In this document: one piece after another, positions 1 through 9,360 of the stretch
Layout of the letters: every line of letters begins with the position of its first letter
Position numbering within the stretch: the first letter of the stretch is position 1
Source: Alphaproteobacteria bacterium
GTDB taxonomy: Bacteria > Pseudomonadota > Alphaproteobacteria > GCA-2731375
Direction: 5' to 3'
Length of the DNA: 64,000 bases
Assembly (NCBI GenBank): GCA_965232515.1
Contig: CBDDPY010000002.1
Span: 1,184,001-1,248,000, forward strand
Notes under the pieces: model-generated
Databases searched by the model: none
Seen by the model: only the letters and a program-made list of their open reading frames with translations
Told to the model about the DNA's origin: nothing
Made by a program: the position numbers and the translations under genes

Positions 1-46
1 TCTTATTGGCCGCACTTGCCGACCAACAGTCGCCGATCCGCCGCCC

Positions 47-514
47 ATGAACGCCTTTCATCTGCAGCCACCGACCCCACGCTTCGTTACGGATCGCTTC
101 GAGCAGGCCTTGGCTTACTGGGAGTCGAAACGACAGGGGCGCCGAATGCCGTCCCGGCGCGATATCGATCCGCTCGAAATTCCATCGTTCCTGGCCAATG
201 TCGTCCTGGTCGACGTCAGGCACGATCCGTTGGACTTCAGCTATCGACTGATTGGCACGTCCGTGGTGCAACGGATCGAGCGTGACTATACCGGCGTCCG
301 GTTCATGGACATTCCGCACCAGCGGCCCGGCAGCCGGGTCTGGGACGCCGCCGTCCGGCTCGTGCATGAGAAACAGCCGTTCTACAGCGATATCCCCTAT
401 GTCGGTCCGGACGCCTTCGTCGACGACTACCAGGATCTCTACATGCCGCTGTCGGACGACGGCGACACCGTCAATATGATCTTCGGGCTGATCGAGTTCG
501 AAATGCGCCGCTGA
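47..514 (+). CDS. PAS domain-containing protein (PAS_5/DUF1457-like)
   Basis: 155 aa ORF with YWESKR..RRMPSRRDIDPLEIP...FSYRLIGT and YMPLSDDGDTVNMIFG, typical of alphaproteobacterial stand-alone PAS_5 proteins. Confidence 0.8.
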   Translation: MNAFHLQPPTPRFVTDRFEQALAYWESKRQGRRMPSRRDIDPLEIPSFLANVVLVDVRHDPLDFSYRLIGTSVVQRIERDYTGVRFMDIPHQRPGSRVWDAAVRLVHEKQPFYSDIPYVGPDAFVDDYQDLYMPLSDDGDTVNMIFGLIEFEMRR

Positions 515-576
515 CGGCCATTTTCGGCCACGGCGAAAGCCGTTGACATTCGGCCGGCTTGTGGCAGACAGACGCC

Positions 577-1542
577 ATGGTCACGTTTGCCCATTTGTCC
601 GATCCGCATATCGCGCCGTTGCCTGCGCCAACGCTGGCGCAGCTGCTCGGCAAGCGCTTTTTCAGCCATGTCTCCTGGCGAAGGCGACGCGCGAAGATCC
701 ATCGGCGCGATGTTCTGGATGCGCTTTGCCGGGACTTGGCCGCCTGCCGGCCGCAGCATGTTGCCGTGACCGGCGATCTGGTGAACCTCTCGCTGCCGGC
801 GGAGTTCGCCGCCGCAGCGGACTGGTTGGCGACGCTCGGCAAGCCGTCTCAGGTCAGCGTGGTGCCCGGCAACCACGACGCCCTGGTACGGACGCGCTGG
901 GCCGGATCGTGGGCGCACTGGGCCGACTACATGACCTGCGATCTGGCCGGCGACTCCGAAAAGCCACGGGCGCCGACGGCGTTCGATGCGTTTCCCTATG
1001 CGCAGGTCCGGCCGCCATTGGGATTGGTCGGTTTGTCCAGCGCCCGACCGACGCCACCCTTTCTGGCCGCCGGCTGGGTCGGCAAACGGCAGCGTGCGGT
1101 CCTTGGGCGGTACCTTCGCCGTCTGGGCGAGGCGGGGCTGTTTCGGGTCGTTATGGTCCACCATCCGCTGACGCGTGCGCGGTCCGCCTGGCGCAGCGGC
1201 TTGTGGGACGCCGAGCCTCTGCAACGGACGCTCATTGAGGCAGGTGTAGAATTGATCCTGCACGGACACGGCCACAAATTCGCCTCGGCCAAGATCGAGA
1301 CATCGGCCGGTCCGGCGCCGGTCATCGGCGTGCCGTCGGCCTCGGCGCTCAATACGGATACGGCGCGGTTGGCGCACTACCACCTCTATACGGTCGCCCG
1401 AACCGGCGACGGCTGGCGGCTTGAGATCAACGCCCGCGGCTATGACCGGACCAGCGGTGAATTTGTTGCCAGCGGCGGCCGTTGCTTCGAACTCAGCCGC
1501 GACCTGCCGGCCACACCAATCCAGCCGATCGCGGCCGAGTAG
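577..1542 (+). CDS. Metallophosphoesterase (calcineurin-like, CpdA/Icc family)
   Basis: Motifs HLSDPH, TGDLVN, PGNHD, HHP, HGHGH; ATG at 577. Confidence 0.88.
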   Translation: MVTFAHLSDPHIAPLPAPTLAQLLGKRFFSHVSWRRRRAKIHRRDVLDALCRDLAACRPQHVAVTGDLVNLSLPAEFAAAADWLATLGKPSQVSVVPGNHDALVRTRWAGSWAHWADYMTCDLAGDSEKPRAPTAFDAFPYAQVRPPLGLVGLSSARPTPPFLAAGWVGKRQRAVLGRYLRRLGEAGLFRVVMVHHPLTRARSAWRSGLWDAEPLQRTLIEAGVELILHGHGHKFASAKIETSAGPAPVIGVPSASALNTDTARLAHYHLYTVARTGDGWRLEINARGYDRTSGEFVASGGRCFELSRDLPATPIQPIAAE

Positions 1543-1589
1543 GGCGCCGGAGACTCGCAGTGGCCCTTAGCGAACAGACTGGAGCGGCC

Positions 1590-2798
1590 GTGACGGCCGG
1601 ATCGATGCAATCGGGCTCGCCGGAGACGCCGGTCGTTTACATCGTCGGCCAATGCGACATGCGCGTCTGGCAGCTCTCGGCGCGCGAACGATTGGAGCGG
1701 TCCTTTCGAACGGCCGGCATCGACGACATCCGCCAAGCGCCCACGCCGTTGCCCACGTCGGGGCAGGTCATTCTCGTCCGCGCCGATCTGGTCTACGACC
1801 CGGCCATCCTCGCCGCGCTCGCGGAGACGCCGGATCTGCTGCTCGACGCCGCGGCCGACCAGGGCATATCGCACCCTGTGGCGGCACATGTCGCGGCAGT
1901 GGACGCCACGAGGGCCGCGGCCTTGCTGGATGGCGAGCGTCCACAAGACGACCTGCCTGCGGAAGTGCGTCGGCGAAGGGTCGATCAGCTCGACGGCGCG
2001 CATCGACGGGCGTTGCGCAAGCGCGAGACACCCTATGTCCTACAACTCGACCAGGCGGCGCTGCCACGGATCGAGTGGCGTTTGTTCCAGGGCGCCTACA
2101 AGGGCGTGACCGATTTCGTCACCAAGTATGTCTGGCCGGTACCGGCATTTCACATCACACGGGTCTGCACACGCCTGGGGCTCTCGCCCAATGCCGTCAC
2201 GACGGTCAGCCTCGTGTTGGTGATTGGCGCCATGATCGCGTTCTGGCAGGGACACTTCATGCTCGGCCTTGCCATGGCCTGGCCGATGACCTTCCTCGAC
2301 ACCGTCGACGGCAAGCTTGCCCGCGTCACCCTGACATCCAGCCGCTTCGGCAACGTCTTCGATCACGGCATCGATTTGGTGCATCCGCCGTTCTGGTATG
2401 TCGCCTGGGGCGTGGGGCTGGGCGCGGCAGGCTTGGCGCTGCCGGCCGAGACGCTTCTGCTCAGCCTGATCGTCGTTGTCGGCGGTTACGTCCTGGGCCG
2501 GCTGATCGAGGGCGCGTTCCTCCTGCTGCATGGCATCGAAATCCACGTCTGGCGGCGTCTGGATTCCCGGTTCCGGCTTGTTACCGCGCGCCGCAATCCG
2601 AATCTGGTGCTGCTGACGGCCGCGGCAACCGTCGGCCGCCCTGACATCGGCCTGCTGGCAATCGCCGCTTGGACTGCGCTGTCGCTACTGTTTCATATCG
2701 TTCGACTGGTCATGGCGACGGTCGCAAGGCGCCGGCATGGCGCGCTTCAGTCCTGGCTGTCCGAACCCGTCGGACCGTCTCTGGCGGCCCGAGCCTGA
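1590..2798 (+). CDS. CDP-alcohol phosphatidyltransferase family protein with N-terminal extension
   Basis: DTVDGKLAR..S.FGNVFDHGID signature, TM-rich C-terminal half; GTG 1590 after GGAG. Confidence 0.85.
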   Translation: MTAGSMQSGSPETPVVYIVGQCDMRVWQLSARERLERSFRTAGIDDIRQAPTPLPTSGQVILVRADLVYDPAILAALAETPDLLLDAAADQGISHPVAAHVAAVDATRAAALLDGERPQDDLPAEVRRRRVDQLDGAHRRALRKRETPYVLQLDQAALPRIEWRLFQGAYKGVTDFVTKYVWPVPAFHITRVCTRLGLSPNAVTTVSLVLVIGAMIAFWQGHFMLGLAMAWPMTFLDTVDGKLARVTLTSSRFGNVFDHGIDLVHPPFWYVAWGVGLGAAGLALPAETLLLSLIVVVGGYVLGRLIEGAFLLLHGIEIHVWRRLDSRFRLVTARRNPNLVLLTAAATVGRPDIGLLAIAAWTALSLLFHIVRLVMATVARRRHGALQSWLSEPVGPSLAARA

Positions 2799-2913
2799 CG
2801 TCGACGATCACCGAATGGCCACCGTCAGTTGATCGACGCAGTGTTGCGGAGCACGGTCGTTCGGTGATACCAACCGACGGTCGTTTCGTCTTGGGGGATT
2901 TCCGGAGATCGCG

Positions 2914-3687
2914 ATGAAGGCGCTGATACTTGCCGCCGGGCAAGGTAAACGCCTGCTGCCGTTGACCGAGGACCAGCCGAAAGCAATGCTGGACGTCGGC
3001 GGCAACAGCATGATCGGTTGGCAGGTCGACGCCCTGGTCGCGAAAGGCGTTGACGACATTGTCGTCGTCACCGGCTTCCGCTCCGAGGTCATCAGCCAAA
3101 AGCTGTCGGTGCTGCGTGAGCGCTATCGGCATTGCCGGATTCGGGCAGTGTTCAACACCTTTTACGGCGTCGCGGACAATCTGGTGAGCTGTTGGATGGC
3201 GCGTCACGAGATGAATGAGCCATTCCTGCTGCTGAATGGCGACACGCTCTTCCACGAGGACGTACTGCAGCGCCTGCTCGACAGTCCGGCGTCGCCGGTG
3301 ACCCTGGCGGTCGACCACAAGCCGCACTACGACGAAGACGACATGAAGATCCGGCTTGACGGCGCACAACTGCTCGAGATCGGCAAGACCTTGCCGGCCG
3401 ACTCCGTCGACGGCGAGTCGATCGGCATGCTGCTGTTCCGCGGCGACGGCCCGCGTCTTTTCGCCGAGGCGCTGGAGCAATGCATGCAGGCGACCGGCGC
3501 ACTGCGGCAATGGTATCTCTCCGTGATCGGCGCGCTGGCGACGACAACGAATGTCGCGACGCAGTCGATCAACGGCCTCGCCTGGTGCGAAATCGACTAT
3601 CCGCTGGACCTGGTCCGGGCCGAGCAGATGGTCTCGGGCTGGCGGAACGACGGCGACAGCGCGCCCATTTCGGTCGTCGCGTCTTAA
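2914..3687 (+). CDS. NTP transferase (phosphocholine cytidylyltransferase/LicC-like family)
   Basis: MKALILAAGQGKRLLPLT..PKAML, LLNGD, DGESIG, WCEIDYPLDL. Confidence 0.88.
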   Translation: MKALILAAGQGKRLLPLTEDQPKAMLDVGGNSMIGWQVDALVAKGVDDIVVVTGFRSEVISQKLSVLRERYRHCRIRAVFNTFYGVADNLVSCWMARHEMNEPFLLLNGDTLFHEDVLQRLLDSPASPVTLAVDHKPHYDEDDMKIRLDGAQLLEIGKTLPADSVDGESIGMLLFRGDGPRLFAEALEQCMQATGALRQWYLSVIGALATTTNVATQSINGLAWCEIDYPLDLVRAEQMVSGWRNDGDSAPISVVAS

Positions 3688-3867
3688 GCCAAATATCTTC
3701 GGTCCTACAGGTCCGGCGCCGGGTTATCACGGCGTTAAGCAAGCCGCGCTAACGTCCAACGCGGCAGCTTGGCATTCGCGCAATTACGCGAACATGCTCT
3801 GCCGACATACGCCTGCCGGTAGGTCCGATACCTATTCCCGACGGGCGATTGGACGATCGATCACATC

Positions 3868-6198
3868 ATGGTTGACGGCAAGATCAGGCGCGGCCACGGG
3901 CCACGGAAGATGGACAGCAGACGTCGACGCGGCCAAAAGACGCGGTTTCGCCTTGCCACGCTCTACATCTTCGCGGCGGTCGTGCTCGCTCATTTTGTCG
4001 GTATCGTCGAACCGCTGGATCGGGCTCTGATGGACCTGCGGTTCGCGGCGTCGCAGCGCAGCGCGACCGGCAACCTCGTGTTCGTCGACATCGACTCGCG
4101 CAGCCTGCAGGCTATCGACGTCTGGCCATGGCCGCGCCGCTACCATGCCAAGGTCCTCGACAATCTTCTGGCGGCCGGCGCGAGCCGGATCGCCCTCGAT
4201 ATCGACTTCAGCTCCCGATCTAGTCCCGAAGACGATGAGATATTCGAGCAGGCGCTCGCTCGCTCCGGTGGGCGCGTCATCCTGCCGGTCTTCCGCCAAT
4301 TGAGCGGCACTGCACACACCGTCGTCGACACCCAGCCGTTGCCAGAGTTCCGCCGTCACGTCGAAGTCGCTTCGGTCAACATCTCGCCGGACGGCGACAG
4401 CCTGATCAGGCAGATGGCGGTCAATCTGGACTGGGGTGACGGACGGGTACCCAGCTACGCCGCCGCACTCGCCGACGCCGTGGTACCTGGACTGCAGCAT
4501 TTCTACATCGACTATGGCATCCGCGCGGACAGCATTCCCCGCATCTCGTACGTGGATGTCGTCCGCGGCAACTATCCACGCCAGTTGTTCGAGGGCAAGA
4601 CGGTCATCGTCGGCCCCAGCGCCATCGAACTTGGCGATGTTTTGCCGGCACCCCTCTATCGTGCGCTGCCGGGATCGATGATCATCGCGCTGGCTTATGA
4701 AAGCCTCGTGCAGGATCGCGCCCTGAAGCGCACCGGCATGTTGCCCACCTTGCTGATCGCCTTTCTGATCTGTTGGCAGTTCCGGGCCATGTTTGTCGCC
4801 TGGTCCTGGCGACTAGGACTGCTCGGTCTATCGTGTGCGTCGGTGGTTCTTGTCGCGAGCTCCTTTGCCGTGCAGGCTTGGCTGCCAGTCAGCATCGACA
4901 CCTCGATCTGGCTGCTCGCCCTGGCGCTCAGCTACATCCAGTCGATCCTGTCACGCATGGACCTGCAGGCGCTGCGCATCTTCAAGCAGCGCATGGCCGT
5001 TCTGCATCGAAGCGCGTTGGCGAAGGCCGTAGTCGAGACCAGCTTCGATGCCATTCTGGTCACCGACCACACCGGCTGCATCCGTCTCTGCAATCCCGCC
5101 GCTCAGGCGCTCTTCGGTTACGGCCACGACGACCTGATCGGCCGTCGCGCCGACACACTCGTGTCGCTGCCCGGCCAGATGAGCGAAAGGTTAGCCGCCG
5201 ATGCCGAGGGCATCTCAACGGTGGCGCAAAAGCATCACGACCCACCCCGCGAGGGGCTCGGACATCGCCGCGACGGATCGACGTTTGCCTTGGAGGCGGT
5301 GCTGCGTCATGCCGCCGTCAAGACCAGCCGGCATCCGCTCGAACGCCGGCGCAAGGCGCGCGTGAACCACATCCTGGCGGTACGCGACGTGACGTTGCGC
5401 AAGGACGCGGAAGCCGCCAAACAGAAAGCGATCGAGGCGGCGCAATCGGCCAGCCGTAGCAAATCCGAGTTCCTGGCTGCCATGAGCCACGAGCTGAAGA
5501 CACCGCTGAACGCGATCATCGGTTTTTCGGAGATATTGGAAGGCGAAATGTTCGGTCCTCTGGGCAGTGAGCAGTACCGCAGCTACGTGACCGATATTCG
5601 CGGAAGCGGCACACGTTTGCTATCGGTCATCAACGATGTCCTCGACGTATCCCGGATCGAAATGGACCGCATGGAGCTACGGGACGACAATCTGGATGTC
5701 GCCGAACTGATCGACGCCGCCATCCGCATGACGACCGGACAGATCATGCCCGACAGCATCGCGATCCGACGCAACATCGGCGAGCAGGGGCTGCAACTCA
5801 TTGCCGATGCTCGTCTCATCAAGCAGTGCCTGACCAATCTGCTGTCAAACGCCGTCCGGTTCACGCCTCAGGGCGGTCGCGTCACCGTGTCCGCACATGT
5901 CGATCGTTCAGACGGTGCACTCATTCTATCAGTGGCCGACAACGGACCCGGCATACCTGAAGATCAGCTCGCAAACGTAGTTCTGCCCTTTCATCAGGTC
6001 GACAGCTCCATTGAGCGCAAATTCGATGGCATGGGCCTGGGCCTGCCGCTGACCAAGGCCTTTGTCGAATTGCACGGCGGCAGATTCTTCATCGAGAGCA
6101 CCGTTGGCATGGGAACAACGGCGACCTGCCGGCTTCCAGCCCAACGGCTGCTACGTGGCGGTTCGAAGGCCGGATTTGCGCCAACGACGGCGGCCTGA
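3868..6198 (+). CDS. CHASE2-PAS sensor histidine kinase
   Basis: VFVDIDSRSL..WPWPR..IALDIDF (CHASE2), TM helices, PAS (NPAAQALFGY), H-box MSHELKTPLNAIIGF, N/G1/F/G2 boxes; start may be slightly downstream. Confidence 0.9.
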   Translation: MVDGKIRRGHGPRKMDSRRRRGQKTRFRLATLYIFAAVVLAHFVGIVEPLDRALMDLRFAASQRSATGNLVFVDIDSRSLQAIDVWPWPRRYHAKVLDNLLAAGASRIALDIDFSSRSSPEDDEIFEQALARSGGRVILPVFRQLSGTAHTVVDTQPLPEFRRHVEVASVNISPDGDSLIRQMAVNLDWGDGRVPSYAAALADAVVPGLQHFYIDYGIRADSIPRISYVDVVRGNYPRQLFEGKTVIVGPSAIELGDVLPAPLYRALPGSMIIALAYESLVQDRALKRTGMLPTLLIAFLICWQFRAMFVAWSWRLGLLGLSCASVVLVASSFAVQAWLPVSIDTSIWLLALALSYIQSILSRMDLQALRIFKQRMAVLHRSALAKAVVETSFDAILVTDHTGCIRLCNPAAQALFGYGHDDLIGRRADTLVSLPGQMSERLAADAEGISTVAQKHHDPPREGLGHRRDGSTFALEAVLRHAAVKTSRHPLERRRKARVNHILAVRDVTLRKDAEAAKQKAIEAAQSASRSKSEFLAAMSHELKTPLNAIIGFSEILEGEMFGPLGSEQYRSYVTDIRGSGTRLLSVINDVLDVSRIEMDRMELRDDNLDVAELIDAAIRMTTGQIMPDSIAIRRNIGEQGLQLIADARLIKQCLTNLLSNAVRFTPQGGRVTVSAHVDRSDGALILSVADNGPGIPEDQLANVVLPFHQVDSSIERKFDGMGLGLPLTKAFVELHGGRFFIESTVGMGTTATCRLPAQRLLRGGSKAGFAPTTAA

Positions 6199-6440
6199 CC
6201 GGGCCGGCCCGACAACCGCCGCACAAGAGCTGTCTAACGCCCAAAACACGCCAGGAAAGAATTAATCACTTTTCCTGACAGCCGACCCATGGTTTTCGGC
6301 ACGGTAACCACGATCGTTGAGAAACCGTAAACCGTGGTTCGGCGATTATTCGCTCATCTTGAAAATTCAAATGGTCGCACCTCGGCTGGGGAGCGCGAGT
6401 AAGCGCGCCGAGAGCCAGACTGTAACGATGGGATAGTTCC

Positions 6441-7526
6441 ATGTACCCCAAGCGCCAGATCCGCCGACGTAGCACCAACCGTATTCGCGGCAGCCTGCTT
6501 AGCATGTTGGCCGCTGTGGTTTTCGCGCTTGCGTTCGGCGGCGCGTTGGAGGCGTCGAAGGAGCATCCGTATGTCGGCGGCATCGCCGCCGTTCCGGCCG
6601 CGCTCGCCGGCGAGGATCTGTCGTTTCGCAGTCGCTGGCTCGTGATCGGCCAACAGGGCGACGCGCGTATCAAAAGTCCAAACAGCACCGACGGCGCACG
6701 GAGCCTTTCGCGCGGCGAGCTCGTCGAATTTGCCAGCGAGATCACCACCGGACCGGACGGCGAGGTGACACTGATGCGCGGTAAGGACTTTGTCCGCGTG
6801 CGCGCGAACAGTCAGATCGCCTTGCCGGCGCCCGAGAAAGGCGGCTTGTGGACACGGGTGATCCAAAAAATCGGCAACGTGTTCTTTGACGTCAATCCCC
6901 GGCCCCAGCCCGGATTTTCCGTCGAGACGCCGTATCTGGTGGCGGTGGTGAAGGGGACCAGCTTCGGCGTCAGCGTTGACGAGGAAGGGGCATCGGTCTC
7001 GGTCGACGAGGGCACTGTCTCAGTCGGCGAAACGGATGGCGCAGGCGCCAGCGTCGATGTCGAGGCCGGTCAGACCGCCAGCACGTCGGCAGCATCGGAC
7101 ACCGGCGTTTCCGTCGGCCCGTCGGCCAGCGCCAGCGGACAGTCGGCCGCGCCGAGCGCCGCGCCTGGAAGCAGCAGCGGCCCGGCCGGCGCCAGCGCCG
7201 GCAGCGAGGACGCATCCGACGCCGGCAGTGGACCTGGCGGCGGAGAAGGCAGCGGCGGCGGCAACGGTGGCGGCAACGGTGGGGGCAACGGCGGCGGCAA
7301 CGGTGGCGGTAACGGCGGCGGAAACGGCCACGGCAGCGGCGATGGCAACGGTAACGGCGGCGGAAACGGGAATGGTAACGGTGGCGGAAACGGGAACGGT
7401 AACGGTGGCGGAAACGGGAACGGTAACGGTGGCGGAAACGGGAACGGTAACGGCGGCGGAAACGGGAACGGTAACGGTGGCGGAAATGGCAACGGGAACG
7501 GCGGCGCGGCCAGCGATAATGCCTAG
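6441..7526 (+). CDS. FecR-domain protein with long Gly/Asn low-complexity C-terminal tail
   Basis: N-terminal hydrophobic segment, FecR motif FSVETPYLVAVVKGTSFGVSV..VSVDEGTVSV, Ser/Ala linker, (GGGN)n-(GGGNGNGN)n tail. Confidence 0.8.
   Translation: MYPKRQIRRRSTNRIRGSLLSMLAAVVFALAFGGALEASKEHPYVGGIAAVPAALAGEDLSFRSRWLVIGQQGDARIKSPNSTDGARSLSRGELVEFASEITTGPDGEVTLMRGKDFVRVRANSQIALPAPEKGGLWTRVIQKIGNVFFDVNPRPQPGFSVETPYLVAVVKGTSFGVSVDEEGASVSVDEGTVSVGETDGAGASVDVEAGQTASTSAASDTGVSVGPSASASGQSAAPSAAPGSSSGPAGASAGSEDASDAGSGPGGGEGSGGGNGGGNGGGNGGGNGGGNGGGNGHGSGDGNGNGGGNGNGNGGGNGNGNGGGNGNGNGGGNGNGNGGGNGNGNGGGNGNGNGGAASDNA
7250..7505 (+). repeat. Coding tandem repeats: 12-nt GGGN units then 24-nt GGAAACGGGAACGGTAACGGTGGC-like units
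   Basis: Directly visible degenerate tandem array encoding GGGN and GGGNGNGN repeats. Confidence 0.9.
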
Positions 7527-7588
7527 GCCGCGACCCGGAGGCGTCCAGCCGATCAGACCTCCGGAATCAGAGGCACACCGCCGCAAGC

Positions 7589-7822
7589 TTAGTTCCGCTC
7601 GGATGCGTAGCCGTCCATCACCCACTCAATGGCCGGCACCAGGGCGCGCGGCAGGATGAACGCCGCGACCAGGATCGCGGCCATCACACCCCACCAATAG
7701 TCGTTGTAGGGCGCGCCGTAGAAGATCAGCACGGCCGCCATCGCCAGCGCGCAGACCACGCCACTTAGTCCACAGAGCAGGATCGTAAGGCGGCGCCGTC
7801 CGGTGCCGCTGTCTTGCGTCAT
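7589..7822 (-). CDS. Small two-TM membrane protein
   Basis: 77 aa MTQDSGTGRRRLTILL... with two hydrophobic helices, preceded by GAAGGGGGAA RBS. Confidence 0.6.
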   Translation of the reverse strand: MTQDSGTGRRRLTILLCGLSGVVCALAMAAVLIFYGAPYNDYWWGVMAAILVAAFILPRALVPAIEWVMDGYASERN

Positions 7823-8061
7823 GATCTTTCGTTCCCCCTTCGAGGCCGTTCGTCGAATCACCGGCCTTGACGGCAATGATCGGACGCTGACGCGTCGACG
7901 CGCAATCTTCTTGCTGTCGTCCGTCCACGGATGATTTACAGTCTTCTCGAACGGGACGGTCGCTCCCACCCACCAGCTCCGACAGCCGGCTCGCCAACGC
8001 GGCGGCTCGGCGCGTCTGTCGATCCGCACGCCGGACCGGCGTCGAACAGTTGAGATCGCCC

Positions 8062-9360
8062 ATGTCCGCAAGCCGCATCCGCGACGCGCTTTTTGCCAAG
8101 ATCAACAACCATGTGTTCTACGGCTGGGTAATCCTCGGCTTCGCCGCGTTGGGCATGTTCGCCAGCGGTCCCGGTCAGTCCCATACCTTCAGCGTCTTCA
8201 TCCGGCCGATCAGCGAGGACTTGGGCATCGGCGCCACCTCGATCGCCTCCGCCTATGCCTTCGCGACGCTGGCCGCCGCCTTCGGCCTGCCGCACATGGG
8301 CCGGCTGGTCGACCGCTTCGGGCCCCGGCGCATGGTGCTGATCGTCTCGCTGCTGCTAGGCGTCGCCTGCATTGCATTCGGCGCCGCCGCCAACATGATC
8401 TGGCTGGCGCTCGGCTTCGCCGCCTTGCGTTTTCTCGGCCAGGGCTCGCTGATGCTGAACTGCAGCAACCTGGTCGCGCAATGGTTCAGCCGGCGCCGCG
8501 GTTTCGCGCTCAGCCTGATGGCGCTGGGCTTCGCCGGGTCGATGGCGGTGCATCCGCCGCTCGGGCAATGGCTGATCGACCTGGTCGGCTGGCGTCAGGC
8601 CTGGCTCTGGCTCGGCATCCTTACCTGGATCCTGCTGCTGCCGCCGATCCTGCTGCTGGTGCACAACAAGCCCGAGGACATGGGCGTGCTGCCGGACGGC
8701 GACGACCGCACGGCGGCCCAACAGACCGATCAGGCCGCGCCCGCGCAGACGGCGGAGGCGGGTATGACGCTCTCGGAGGCCCTGCGCACGCCGACCTTCT
8801 GGATCGTCGCCACAGGCCTGTTCGCCATGGCCATGCTGGTGACGGCGCTGCACTTTTTCCAGGTATCGGTATTCGAAGCGCATGGGCTGAGCCCGCAGAT
8901 CGCCGCGCGCGTGTTCCCGGTCTCGGCGATTACCATGGTCGTGCTGATGCCGCTCGTCGGCCGCATGCTGGACCGGTTCCGCACGTCCTACATGTTCGCG
9001 GCCGCGCTCCTGGTGATGTCGGCGGCGTTGATCGCCATGAGCGGCGTGCGCGACCTGCCGACGGCGCTGCTCTATGCGGTCGTGTTCGGCCTCAACAATG
9101 CCGTCAGCCTGACGCTGTTCTCGTTCCTCTGGCCGCACTATTTCGGCCGCCGGCACCTCGGCAGCATTCAGGGCGCGGGCCAGATGATCGGCGTCGTCGG
9201 CGCTTCACTCGGCCCGCTGCCGCTCGGCATCGCCTTCGACCTGTTCGGCAGCTACGACGAGACGCTGTTGGTGATGGCGATCCTGCCGGTTATCTGCGCG
9301 GTGCTGGCCCTGTTCCTGCGCGAGCCGACGGCGCAGACCGTGGCGAAGTCGACTGCCTAG
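8062..9360 (+). CDS. MFS transporter
   Basis: FYGWVIL, GRLVDRFGPR motif A, 12-TM pattern. Confidence 0.9.
   Translation: MSASRIRDALFAKINNHVFYGWVILGFAALGMFASGPGQSHTFSVFIRPISEDLGIGATSIASAYAFATLAAAFGLPHMGRLVDRFGPRRMVLIVSLLLGVACIAFGAAANMIWLALGFAALRFLGQGSLMLNCSNLVAQWFSRRRGFALSLMALGFAGSMAVHPPLGQWLIDLVGWRQAWLWLGILTWILLLPPILLLVHNKPEDMGVLPDGDDRTAAQQTDQAAPAQTAEAGMTLSEALRTPTFWIVATGLFAMAMLVTALHFFQVSVFEAHGLSPQIAARVFPVSAITMVVLMPLVGRMLDRFRTSYMFAAALLVMSAALIAMSGVRDLPTALLYAVVFGLNNAVSLTLFSFLWPHYFGRRHLGSIQGAGQMIGVVGASLGPLPLGIAFDLFGSYDETLLVMAILPVICAVLALFLREPTAQTVAKSTA

Noticed and set aside
7070-7492. Pro/Phe-rich antisense ORF (PFPFPPPL)n and the other-frame ORFs over the same repeat
   Set aside because: Shadow frames of the Gly-Asn repeat in the FecR gene
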